Shown here: piece by piece, positions 8,079-17,209 of the stretch
Numbering within the stretch: position 1 is the stretch's first letter
Layout of the letters: every line of letters begins with the position of its first letter
Notes under the pieces: generated by a model
Told to the model about the DNA's origin: nothing
Database searches by the model: none
What the model saw: only the letters and a program-made list of their open reading frames with translations
Made by a program: the position numbers and the translations under genes
Origin: an uncultured delta proteobacterium
GTDB lineage: Bacteria > Myxococcota_A > UBA9160 > UBA4427
Length of the DNA: 64,000 nt
Reading direction: 5' to 3'
NCBI GenBank assembly: GCA_963822965.1
Contig: CAWGJT010000010.1
Coordinates: 960,001 to 1,024,000, forward strand

Positions 8079-9933
8079 TCAACGGCGCCCGAAGCGCCGC
8101 TCGATCTCGGCGACGTCGAGGGAGACCGCCACCGGCCGGCCGTGGGGACAGGTGGGCGCCCACGGGATCCGGTCGAGCTCGCTGCAGGATGGCTCGCGCT
8201 GCTCTCCGGGCTCGAGGTGGTCCCCGAAGCGCCGGGCGCTGTGGCAGGCCAGCGTCGCGAAGATGCGATCGGCCGCCGCGCAGCAGCCGCGTCTCCGAGC
8301 CGGCCGCGGTGCCGCCCAGGTCGGGGTCCTGCAGCTCGTCGGCGAGATCGCGCACGAGGCGCGCGGGGTCGCGCCCCGCGAGCAGGGCCGGGATCGCCCG
8401 CACCACCACCGCCTCCTCGCCGAAGGCCTCGACGTCGAAGCCCAGCGCCGTCGTGCGCCGCGGGTCCTCGAGCAGGGCCGCCAGGGCCAGGGGCTCGATC
8501 TCCACGCTCTCGGGCATGAGCAGACGGCTGGCTCGCGACCCCGCGATCGAGCCATTCGGCCCGCAGCCGCTCGTAGAGGACCCGCTCGTGGGCGGCGTGC
8601 TGGTCGACGAGCAGCAGCCCCTGCTTGCCCTCGACGAGCAGATAGCTCGCCAGCAGCTGACCGACGACGCGCAGGGAGCCGAACGCGACGCGATCGGAGC
8701 CCGATTCGGTCGTGGCGCGCCTCGTCGGCGCGGGCGGTCCGCCAGCTCGCCCTGGCGCGCCAGGATCCAGTCGCTCGGCCCCGAGCCCCGCGCGCTCGAG
8801 CGCGGCGCCGGCGCGTACGCTGCCGGGCTCGCGGCCGCGTACGGGCGCGGGCCGTCTCGTGCACGGTCGCTCGAGCGCGGGGCGCCCTCCCCCGCCAGCC
8901 AGCGGCGCTCCGGACATGGCTTCGCGCACGCAGGCGCGCACCAGCCGATGGATGGCGCGCGGGTCGGAGAAGCGCACCTCCCACTTCGCCGGGTGCACGT
9001 TCACGTCGATCGTCTCCGGGGGGACCGTGACGAAGAGGATCGCGGTCGGGAAGCGGCCGCGGGGCAGCAGGTCGCGATACGCCTCGAGCACGGCGTGGCG
9101 CAGCACCGGGTCGCGAACCGGCCGCCGTTCACGAACAGGTGGAGCCCGCTGGCGTTGGTCCGCGTGTGCTCGGGGCTCGAGAGATACGCTTCGATGTGTC
9201 CCTCGGGACCTTCCCAGGTGACGGGCACGAGCGCCGAGGTGACCTCTTCGGAGAGGACCGCGGCGGCCCGGGTCAGCGGGTCGTCCGTGGCCGGCCAGAC
9301 GATGGGCGCCCGATCGTCGCGCTGCAGCTCGAAGTGGACGCCGGGCAGCGTCAGCGCCAGCCGGCCGAGCCAGTCCCGGATGTGGCCCCACTCGGTCGCG
9401 GGCTTCTTCAGGAACTTCCGGCGAGCGGGGATCTGCGCGAACAGGTCGGCGACCTCGATCCGGGTCCCGGCCGCGCCGCCCGCCTCGCGCTCCTCGACGA
9501 TCACGCCGCCGTCGACCCGGATCTGCCAGCCTGCGGCGGCGCCCGGCTCCCGCGTCAGCAGCCGCAGCCGGGAGACGGAGGCGATCGCGGGCAGCGCCTC
9601 GCCGCGGAAGCCGAAGCTCGCGATGCGGAGCAGATCGTCGATCTCGGCGATCTTGCTGGTGGCGTGGCGCTCGAGGGCGAGCCGTGCGTCCCCCTGGGGC
9701 ATGCCGTGGCCGTCGTCCGTCACCGCGATCAAGCTGGCGCCCCCGTCGCGGACCTCCACCCGGATCCGCTGCGCGCCCGCGTCGAGGGCGTTCTCGACGA
9801 GCTCCTTCACCACCGACGCCGGGCGCTCGACGACCTCCCCCGCCGCGATCTGGTCCACGAGGGCGTCAGGCAGCCTCTGGACCCGTCGAGAGCCCGTTTC
9901 CGCACTTCGGGAGGACACGCGCTGGTCTGCCAT
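8079..9933 (-). CDS. mutL: DNA mismatch repair endonuclease MutL, frameshifted
   Basis: QIAAGEVVERPASVVKELVENALDAGA, HATSKI, GFRGEAL, DVNVHPAKWEVRF, endonuclease motif DQHAAHERVLYE, ACH and CPHGRP. Confidence 0.95.
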
Positions 9934-10159
9934 TTTCGTTCCCCTTTTGGCCCTTGCGCGGCTAAGATCGGGTGGATCACGCTGTAGCGCGGTCGCCTCG
10001 GGTTGGGGTGGTGACGTTCGGCGACCGGCCGCCAAGGCGGTTGCGAGGTCGCAACAGCGATTGACAACAGGCTGAATTCCAAATACTTCTGGTACGTCTT
10101 TCCGTTCGATGGACTCGACGGGTCCGAGGGGACGACTGCGAGCCTGGGAGCGATCCGGC

Positions 10160-11098
10160 ATGACGGACATACAGGATATCAACTCTCCTACCCGGCCGAG
10201 TGGGCGGCGGCGCAACGATCGCATCGTGAGCGCCAGCCGGGCCATGAAGGAGACGGTGGATCAAGCCACCCGCGCGGCGCGCTCGAGCGCGCCCGTGCTG
10301 GTCATGGGCCCGCCCGGCAGCGGCCGGGGGCATCTGGCGCGCGCCATCCACACCTGGAGCACCCGGGCGACTTCCCCGCTGCTGGTGGTGTCCCTCGCCG
10401 GGCTCAGCGAGGACCAGCAACGGCGGGAGCTGTTCGGCGCCGGGTCGCCCGCGGCCGACGGCCACGAAGGCGCCCTCGCCCGAGCCGGCGCGGGCAGCCT
10501 GCTGCTCGAAGGCATCCACCAGCTCGCCGGCAGCGCTCGCAGCGCACTGCTGCAGGCGACCCGCAACCAGAGCTTCACCCGCGACGGTCAGACCGTCCCG
10601 CTGCGCGCACGCATCCTGGCCACGACGGACAGCCAGTCGGACGACGGCTACCGAGGAGTGGGCTTCGAGGTCGTGAGCGTGGCGGCGCTCTCGGATCGTT
10701 CCGAGGACATCCTGCCCCTGGCTGCGCACTTCCTCGCGGAGTTCGCGGCCGCCGCGGGTGGCTCTGTCGTCGGCTTCACCATCGACGCACGCCGTTGGCT
10801 GCTCGAGGAGCCCTGGCTGGGCAACGTGCGCGAGCTCTCCGAGCGCATCCGACAGGCGGTGCGGCTCGCCGGCGACGGCGCGATCTCGGCCGAGGCGCTG
10901 ATGCTGGCGACCCAGGGCGACGAGGTGCCGTCCTTCAAGGAGGCCAAGCGCGCCTTCGAGACCCGCTACGTCGAGGGCCTGCTGCGGCGCTGTAACGGCA
11001 ACATCAGTCGGGCTGCCCGGTTGGCGAAGAAGGACCGCAAGGACTTCTACGACGTGATCCGCCGGACCGGCGTCGACCCGGCCCAGTTCCGATCCTGA
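10160..11098 (+). CDS. Degenerate NtrC/bEBP-like AAA+ regulator with Fis-type HTH, no receiver domain
   Basis: PVLVMGPPGSGRG, ELFG, WLGNVREL and HTH NISRAARLAKKDRKDFYDVIRR; GAFTGA and the Walker B DE are absent. Confidence 0.85.
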   Translation: MTDIQDINSPTRPSGRRRNDRIVSASRAMKETVDQATRAARSSAPVLVMGPPGSGRGHLARAIHTWSTRATSPLLVVSLAGLSEDQQRRELFGAGSPAADGHEGALARAGAGSLLLEGIHQLAGSARSALLQATRNQSFTRDGQTVPLRARILATTDSQSDDGYRGVGFEVVSVAALSDRSEDILPLAAHFLAEFAAAAGGSVVGFTIDARRWLLEEPWLGNVRELSERIRQAVRLAGDGAISAEALMLATQGDEVPSFKEAKRAFETRYVEGLLRRCNGNISRAARLAKKDRKDFYDVIRRTGVDPAQFRS

Positions 11099-11111
11099 GA
11101 GCGCGGATCTC

Positions 11112-11915
11112 GTGCTGATCGGCGTCGTCCAGGTCTGCTCGGACGACGACCTCGCCGGCAACCTGAAGCGCGCCGCCGAGCTCGTCGCCGTGGCAGCCGG
11201 ACGCGGCGCGCAGCTCGTGTGCCTGCCCGAGAACTTCGCCTTCATGCGCCGGGAAGGGAGCGCGTTTCCCTGCGCCCAGGGGCTCGATGGCGAGATCGTG
11301 GGACGCCTACGCGAGATGGCCACCGCCCACGGCGTGTGGCTCCTGGGAGGCACGTTTCCCGAGGCGATTCCGGGCGAGGCACGCGTCCACAACACGAGCG
11401 TGGTGATCGCGTCGGACGGGTCGATCGCCGGCGTCTACCGGAAGATCCACCTCTTCGACGTGGATCTCGGCAGAACGGGTGGCGGGAGCTACCGCGAGTC
11501 GGACCGGATTGCACCCGGAAGCGACGTGGTCGTCGTCGAGACGCCCTTCGGCGGGCTCGGGCTGTCGATCTGCTACGACGTGCGCTTTCCGGAGCTCTAC
11601 CGGGAGATGGCGGGCCGCGGTGCCTCGTTCCTCGCCGTGCCGAGCGCCTTCACACCCCAGACCGGCCGCGACCATTGGGAGGTGCTGCTCCGGGCGCGCG
11701 CCATCGAGAACCAGGCGTTCGTCCTGGCGCCGGCGCAGTGCGGGCAGCACAGCCCCGACCGGGCCAGCTACGGCCGCTCGATGATCGTCGATCCCTGGGG
11801 CCTCGTGCTGGCCCGGGCGGGGGACCGGCCGGAGGTGATCGTCGCGGATTGCAGCCTGGCGGAGCTGGCCCGGGTGCGAGAGGCGATCCCGGCCCTGCGA
11901 AACCGTCGCTTGTAA
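11112..11915 (+). CDS. Carbon-nitrogen hydrolase (Nit1/deaminated glutathione amidase-like)
   Basis: CLPENF, YRKIHLFDV, ICYDVRFPE and RARAIENQ; Glu-Lys-Cys triad present. Confidence 0.92.
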   Translation: MLIGVVQVCSDDDLAGNLKRAAELVAVAAGRGAQLVCLPENFAFMRREGSAFPCAQGLDGEIVGRLREMATAHGVWLLGGTFPEAIPGEARVHNTSVVIASDGSIAGVYRKIHLFDVDLGRTGGGSYRESDRIAPGSDVVVVETPFGGLGLSICYDVRFPELYREMAGRGASFLAVPSAFTPQTGRDHWEVLLRARAIENQAFVLAPAQCGQHSPDRASYGRSMIVDPWGLVLARAGDRPEVIVADCSLAELARVREAIPALRNRRL

Positions 11916-12029
11916 ACCCGTCCGAGGCGGCCTTTCGGGCGCCTCCCGCTCTCAAGCCGCGATCGAGCGGGGCCGATAGGCAACTGGGCCGAACCGCAGC
12001 TCCGGCCGCAGACCCGACGAGAGGGGACC

Positions 12030-12365
12030 ATGGGCGATCAGCGAGCCACGGGCAGTCTGGTGATCCTGAACGGCGACTTCGAGGGGATGCGCTACGAGCT
12101 CACCTCGGACGAGACGCTGATCGGCCGGAACCCGACGACCGACATCACGCTCCTCGACGAGGGCATCAGCCGGGAGCACACGATGGTGCTCTACGACGAG
12201 TCGGATGGCGAGTACGTGATCGAGGACCTCCAGTCGACCAACGGCACCAAGGTGAACGGCAAGCGGGTCCGATCCGCCACACTCGTCCACGGCGACGAGA
12301 TCCAGATCGGGCACACCCGGTTTCGCTTCCTGCTCGGTGGCGCGCCGGAGAGCGGTGCTTGCTAG
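12030..12365 (+). CDS. Stand-alone FHA domain protein
   Basis: IGR, ISREH, DLQSTNGTKVNG and GDEIQIG FHA signature. Confidence 0.92.
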   Translation: MGDQRATGSLVILNGDFEGMRYELTSDETLIGRNPTTDITLLDEGISREHTMVLYDESDGEYVIEDLQSTNGTKVNGKRVRSATLVHGDEIQIGHTRFRFLLGGAPESGAC

Positions 12366-12468
12366 CGCGCCGCGGAGCGCCGAACGCCGATCTCGGTTAG
12401 CTTGCGAGGCGGCTCGACGCCGGCACCGGCCGCGTGGGCCCTGCAGCTCGTTTTTTGGGGGAAACGAA

Positions 12469-13191
12469 ATGCACTACAGCCTCCGTGGCGTGCCCGCTGG
12501 TCTGACCCTCCGTGGCGTGCCGGCCGGACTGCTGCTCGCACTTCCGGCGCTCTTCCTGACCGCTTGCATCGCGAGGCCGGTTCCGCCGCCCGCGGCGATT
12601 CCGCCGCCGACGTACCGAGTGGGCGCTCCCGACGAGCTCCTCGTCAGCATCCTTCCCGAGCCGGTGATCGAGCGAGACGTCGTCGTGCGCCCGGACGGAC
12701 GCATCTCCGTGGATCTGATCGGAGACGTGCTGGCGTCCGGGAAGACCACCGAAGAGCTGGCCGACGCCATCCGCGAGAAGATCTCTCGCTTCAAGCGGGA
12801 CGCGGTGGTGACCGTCTCGGTGACCGCGGCGCGGAGTACGACGATCACGATCTTCGGTCAGGTCAACTCCCCGGGAAGCGTCGTGTTGAATCGCGAGACG
12901 CGCCTGGCGGAGGCCATCGGAACCGCCGGCGGCACGAACCTCTTCGCCTCGAAGGGTCGCGTGCGCGTCATCCGGAGCCTGCCCCAGGAGACCCGCATCC
13001 TGCGCGTCAACTTGCGCGACATCGAGTACGGCGACCAGAGCACCAACTTCATGCTGCAGGACGGCGACATCGTCGTGGTTCCGCCCAACGCCATCGCCCG
13101 GGTGGGCTTCGCCCTGCAGACGCTGCTCTTCCCGTTCCAGCAGGTCCTGTCCGCCGGCTCGGGGGCGCTCCTGATCTCCCGGGGACTCTAG
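12469..13191 (+). CDS. Polysaccharide export lipoprotein (Wza/OPX family)
   Basis: Lipobox FLTAC; YRVGAPDEL...VRPDGRIS Poly_export motif; SLBB-like GQVNSPG...LQDGDIVVVP. A 27-bp duplication gives LRGVPAGL twice in the signal peptide. Confidence 0.9.
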   Translation: MHYSLRGVPAGLTLRGVPAGLLLALPALFLTACIARPVPPPAAIPPPTYRVGAPDELLVSILPEPVIERDVVVRPDGRISVDLIGDVLASGKTTEELADAIREKISRFKRDAVVTVSVTAARSTTITIFGQVNSPGSVVLNRETRLAEAIGTAGGTNLFASKGRVRVIRSLPQETRILRVNLRDIEYGDQSTNFMLQDGDIVVVPPNAIARVGFALQTLLFPFQQVLSAGSGALLISRGL

Positions 13192-13279
13192 CCCGCCCTC
13201 TCGATTCGCTTGCCGCGGGGGCTGGCAGGCCGACCCAGGATGGGTCGGCGCCCGCAAACGAACCCTGCGGATTCGTCAG

Positions 13280-14686
13280 CTAGGAGCTGCCCCGGGCGAA
13301 GAGCACCTGCGGCACGGTGCGCAGCAGGATCCGCAGATCCTGGGACATCGACCAGCTGTCGATGTACTCGAGGTCGAGACGCATCCACTCGTCGAACTGC
13401 ACGTCGTTGCGACCGCTCACCTGCCAGAGGCACGTGAGCCCCGGGCGCATCGAGAGACGACGCCGCTCGCTCCCCTGGTACTGCACGACCTCGGCCGGGA
13501 TGGGCGGGCGCGGCCCGACCAGGCTCATGTCGCCCTTCAGCACGGACCAGAGCTGCGGCAGCTCGTCGAGGCTCCACTTGCGAAGGAAGCGGCCGATGGG
13601 GGTCACGCGCGGGTCGTCGCGAATCTTGAAGACCGGGCCGTCCATCTCGTTCAGGTGGGCGAACTGCGCCTGGATCGCCTCGGCGTCGACGCACATGGTC
13701 CGGAGCTTGGGCATCATGAAGCGATGGCCGTTGACCCCGCAGCGAACCTGGAAGAAGAGCACGGGCCCCCGCGACGTGAGCTTGATGGCCACGGCCGCGG
13801 CCGCCATCACCGGCAGCGAGAGCGCCAGTCCGACCGAGGCGCCGACGATGTCGAGTCCCCGCTTCATCGCCAGCGCGAACTCGTCGTGGTGGACCGGCGC
13901 GAAGCTCAGGGTGCCGCGACGATCGAAGTTTCCGGCCCGCGGCGGCGGCAGCTCCTGGCCGAAGAGGTCGGTAAGGAGCGTCACCGGGATGCCGATCAAC
14001 GAGCACTCGTGCACCACCCGCTCGAGAGAATCGAGCATGCGGCGTGGGCACGCGACGAGGGTCTCGTCGATGGTCTCGTTGCGCAGGAGCATGGGAAGGT
14101 CGACGAGCTTGTGGATCTGGTCCTCGGGCACGGAGGGCACGAAGTTGCTCTCGCCGTCGTCCACGTAGCCGATGATGCGCAGGCCCCATTCCGGGTGGTT
14201 CTCGATGGTCGTCTTCGCCTCACGGGCTCGCGGACCCGCGCCGATGATGAGCACGTTGCGGAAGTTCCGGCCCCGGCGCCGGATGCTCCGCAGCAGGAAG
14301 AAGATCGGAATGCGGATGCCCGCCTGGACCGTGAACATGACGACCGCGAGCAGCATCGGGAAGATCGGCGCGACGGGGGCCGCCAGCGCGAAGGCCGCGG
14401 TCGAGAGCACCAGGGCGCCGATGCCGTTGGCGAAGGCGAGTCGCGCGATCAGCGCGCTCATGCCCTGCCGGCGACTCCAGCGATAGACGCCCGCGCGATT
14501 CAGCAGCAGCGGCCACCCCAGGCTGACCAGCAGGCCGAGGGCGACGAGGTTGACAACGGGAAGCGCGCTCAGCTCGGCGCGGCGGAGGCCGGGGTGAAGC
14601 AGGAGACCGACGAAGATCGCGGCCGATAGGACGACGTCCAGGCTCATCCAGACCCGGACCAGTTGACGACCATATTCTCTCAGCAT
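13280..14686 (-). CDS. Polyprenyl-phosphate glycosylphosphotransferase (WcaJ/WbaP-like priming sugar transferase)
   Basis: N-terminal TM helices, VLIIGAG, KRGLD, DDPRVTPIGRFLRKWSLDELPQL, GDMSLVGPRP and RPGLTCLWQVSGR. Confidence 0.95.
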   Translation of the reverse strand: MLREYGRQLVRVWMSLDVVLSAAIFVGLLLHPGLRRAELSALPVVNLVALGLLVSLGWPLLLNRAGVYRWSRRQGMSALIARLAFANGIGALVLSTAAFALAAPVAPIFPMLLAVVMFTVQAGIRIPIFFLLRSIRRRGRNFRNVLIIGAGPRAREAKTTIENHPEWGLRIIGYVDDGESNFVPSVPEDQIHKLVDLPMLLRNETIDETLVACPRRMLDSLERVVHECSLIGIPVTLLTDLFGQELPPPRAGNFDRRGTLSFAPVHHDEFALAMKRGLDIVGASVGLALSLPVMAAAAVAIKLTSRGPVLFFQVRCGVNGHRFMMPKLRTMCVDAEAIQAQFAHLNEMDGPVFKIRDDPRVTPIGRFLRKWSLDELPQLWSVLKGDMSLVGPRPPIPAEVVQYQGSERRRLSMRPGLTCLWQVSGRNDVQFDEWMRLDLEYIDSWSMSQDLRILLRTVPQVLFARGSS

Positions 14687-14824
14687 GAGCGAGCCTCGAT
14701 GGCGCTGCAGCAATACGGGGTTCCACCGAGCCCCGAACAGAATGACGTTCGTCGAGTGCCATTTGGCATGGCGCTACGTCGCTACGGAAGTGGCTCGGAA
14801 AGCACCGAAGGTTCCGTAATTTAT

Positions 14825-14850
14825 GCCGGGTATGATCATAATTTCCCGGC
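14825..14850. promoter_or_regulatory. Palindromic candidate operator in the divergent wcaJ/ATPase intergenic region
   Basis: GCCGGG-TATGATCATA-ATTT-CCCGGC: perfect 10-bp palindrome inside a 6-bp inverted repeat, in an AT-enriched intergenic stretch. Confidence 0.4.
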
Positions 14851-15226
14851 TCGGTGCGGTGACATCCCCTGTCCTGGGGACCTGGCTCCCGCGAGCGACG
14901 CTTGGGAGGAGAATGCAACGGACGCTGGCGGTCGGCTAGGGACTTTCTCTCAAAAAATCATGGAGTTGCCGTATCCCGGCCGGTTCGGGCGGCCACTAAC
15001 CCGCATGTCACCGGGCCGCGATCCCCACGCAGGAGATCGACGCGCGGAGTGGGGCGAGCCCCGAATCCAATGTTCTGACGTGGGGTTCCGGGGGAAGTTG
15101 CTGATGGTTGAGGGTGTCTTCAGGGCCGGGTGGGGATGTAACCTATCATCGGGCGCACGAAGGCGTCGATATCAGGGAAAGGTCATTCGGGGCGAGCTTC
15201 TTCGTCCGGTCGACTCCAGGTAGCGG

Positions 15227-16063
15227 ATGTACGAGTCCTATTTCGGCTTCAGAGAGCAGCCGTTCTCCCTCACACCGGACCCCCGGTTCCTTTGGCTGTC
15301 GGATACCCATCGGGAAGGTCTTGCGGCGCTCACCTACGGGATCACCCGACGGAAGGGCTTCCTGTTGCTCACCGGAGAGGTCGGGACCGGGAAGACGACC
15401 CTGCTCCGGGCAGCCCTGGGCCAGATCCCTCCCGATACGGACACGGCGCTGGTGCTCAACACCATCGGGCTCAGCCCGGTCGACCTCCTCAAGCTGATCG
15501 CCGCCGAGTTCGGCCTGGAGGGTCGCTTCGAGTCCACCGCGGACTACCTGATCGCGCTCAACCGCATGTTGCTGGCACGGCTTCGCGCCGGCCGCAACAC
15601 GGTGCTCATCATCGACGAGGCACAGAACCTGGAGGCGGGCGCGCTCGAAGAGGTGCGGTTGCTCTCCAATCTGGAGACCGATACCGAGAAGCTGATGCAG
15701 ATCGTGCTGACCGGACAGCCCGAGCTCGTCCGGAAGCTCTCGCAGCCGGGCCTCCGGCAGCTGCGACAGCGGATCGCCGTCGAGCACCACATGGAGCCTC
15801 TCTCGCCGGGCGACATGCATCCCTACCTGAGCCATCGCATCGAGGTGGCGGGCGGCAGCTTCGCCGAGGTCTTCGCCCCCGGCGTGGAATCCACCTTCTA
15901 CGCCTTCTCGGAGGGCTGCCCGCGGCTCATCAGCCTGCTGGCGGACCGGGTGCTGCTGGCGGCGTACGCCAAGCAGCTGCGCCCGATTCCGCCCGAGTTC
16001 GTCGAGGAGAAGGCGAAGTCGATGAGCGTCACGCGGGCGGGCGACTTCGGCTTGGAGCGCTGA
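15227..16063 (+). CDS. ExeA-like AAA ATPase (PEP-CTERM/EPS-locus-associated type)
   Basis: MYESYFGFREQPFSLTPDPRF, Walker A GEVGTGKTT, Walker B IIDEAQNL, GQPEL and LRQRI. Confidence 0.92.
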   Translation: MYESYFGFREQPFSLTPDPRFLWLSDTHREGLAALTYGITRRKGFLLLTGEVGTGKTTLLRAALGQIPPDTDTALVLNTIGLSPVDLLKLIAAEFGLEGRFESTADYLIALNRMLLARLRAGRNTVLIIDEAQNLEAGALEEVRLLSNLETDTEKLMQIVLTGQPELVRKLSQPGLRQLRQRIAVEHHMEPLSPGDMHPYLSHRIEVAGGSFAEVFAPGVESTFYAFSEGCPRLISLLADRVLLAAYAKQLRPIPPEFVEEKAKSMSVTRAGDFGLER

Positions 16064-17209
16064 GTGGGCGAGATCGCAGACGCACTCCGGCGGGCCCGGG
16101 CCGAGCAGCGGCGTCGCGGGGTCGACGAGCGGCCCGAGCCGTCGCCGCCCCGTGAGCACCGCGACGACGTCTACACGGCGTCGGCGGACCGGCACCGACT
16201 GGAGCAGGCCGAGACCGACGACGAGTCCGGCTCCGCGGTTGCGGACGCCCCGGCTGTCTCGGTGGGAGGGTCCCCTGCTTCGTCGCGCGAGCCCTCGCCT
16301 GCTTCGTCGCGCGAGCCCTCGCCTGCTTCGTCGCGCGAGCCCTCGCCTGCTTCGTCGCGCGAGCCCTCGCCTCCGGCGCCGCCCCGCGCGCCCATCGCTG
16401 GCTCGATGGGACGGGCGGCCCGCAGTCTGCCCGAGGGGCTCGAGCCGGGTGCCCATCTCACCCACGAGGGCGAGGAGTCCAGAGCCCCCCAGGCCGTGCT
16501 CATCGACGCGGGCGGGATGGTCACCGACGCCTGCCTGCAGCTCGCCCTGCGCGTACGCAAGTACCTGCACGACCTCGACGCCCACTCGCTCGTGGTCGTG
16601 AGCGCCCTGCGCAACGAGGGCAAGACCACGGTCTCCTGCAACCTCGCCCTGGCCCTGGCCACCCTCGGACAGGTCGAGCGCGTGGCGCTGGTGGATCTCG
16701 ATCTGCGCAGACCTTCGCTCGAGAAGGTGCTGGAGCTGCCGCGGCCCCGCTGCGGCATCGAGGACGTGATCGCCCGGAACGAGCCCCTCGCCAACGCGCG
16801 CGTGCACCTGATCGACCCGACCCTGGACGTGTATCCGTGCCTGCGCGGCCAGAACAAGGCCCACGAGCTCCTGCTTCGTCCCGGCTTCGCGCACCTGATC
16901 GAGGAGCTCCGCGAGACCTACGACCTGGTCGTCTTCGACAGCCCCCCGACGCTGCTCGTCCCCGATTCCAGCATCATCATGCAGCACGTGGAATGCTTCG
17001 CGCCGGTGGCGCGCGCCGGCATTACCCGGGCCCGGAACTTCCGGAAGATGCTCGAGACCCTGGCCCACAAGCGCATGCTGGGCCCCATCCTCGACTCCGG
17101 TCGCGCCCGGGTTCGCAGGGGCTACTACGAGCGCTACGAGTCCGACGACCTGGAAGAAGAGGACGAGCTGCTGGACGAGATGAAGGAAGAGGAGCGCGCC
17201 GATGGCTGA
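16064..17209 (+). CDS. BY-kinase (CpsD/CapB-like tyrosine kinase)
   Basis: Walker A SALRNEGKTT, A' VDLDLRRP, B VFDSPP and C-terminal Tyr cluster GYYERY; low-complexity N-terminal linker. Confidence 0.9.
   Translation: MGEIADALRRARAEQRRRGVDERPEPSPPREHRDDVYTASADRHRLEQAETDDESGSAVADAPAVSVGGSPASSREPSPASSREPSPASSREPSPASSREPSPPAPPRAPIAGSMGRAARSLPEGLEPGAHLTHEGEESRAPQAVLIDAGGMVTDACLQLALRVRKYLHDLDAHSLVVVSALRNEGKTTVSCNLALALATLGQVERVALVDLDLRRPSLEKVLELPRPRCGIEDVIARNEPLANARVHLIDPTLDVYPCLRGQNKAHELLLRPGFAHLIEELRETYDLVVFDSPPTLLVPDSSIIMQHVECFAPVARAGITRARNFRKMLETLAHKRMLGPILDSGRARVRRGYYERYESDDLEEEDELLDEMKEEERADG
16274..16372 (+). repeat. Perfect in-frame 24-bp tandem repeat, 4 copies (encodes PASSREPS)
   Basis: CCTGCTTCGTCGCGCGAGCCCTCG repeated four times plus CCT. 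Confidence 0.97.

Noticed and set aside
8079..9933. mutL pseudogene / natural mutator
   Set aside because: The neighbouring essential der gene shows the same indels with motifs intact, which favours sequencing error.
14663..15223. 186-aa ORF across the divergent intergenic region
   Set aside because: Atypical codon usage, no motifs, overlaps the wcaJ start. Better explained as regulatory DNA.
15215..15226. RfaH ops element before the EPS operon
   Set aside because: CAGGTAGCGG matches GGCGGTAG only partly and overlaps the ribosome-binding region.
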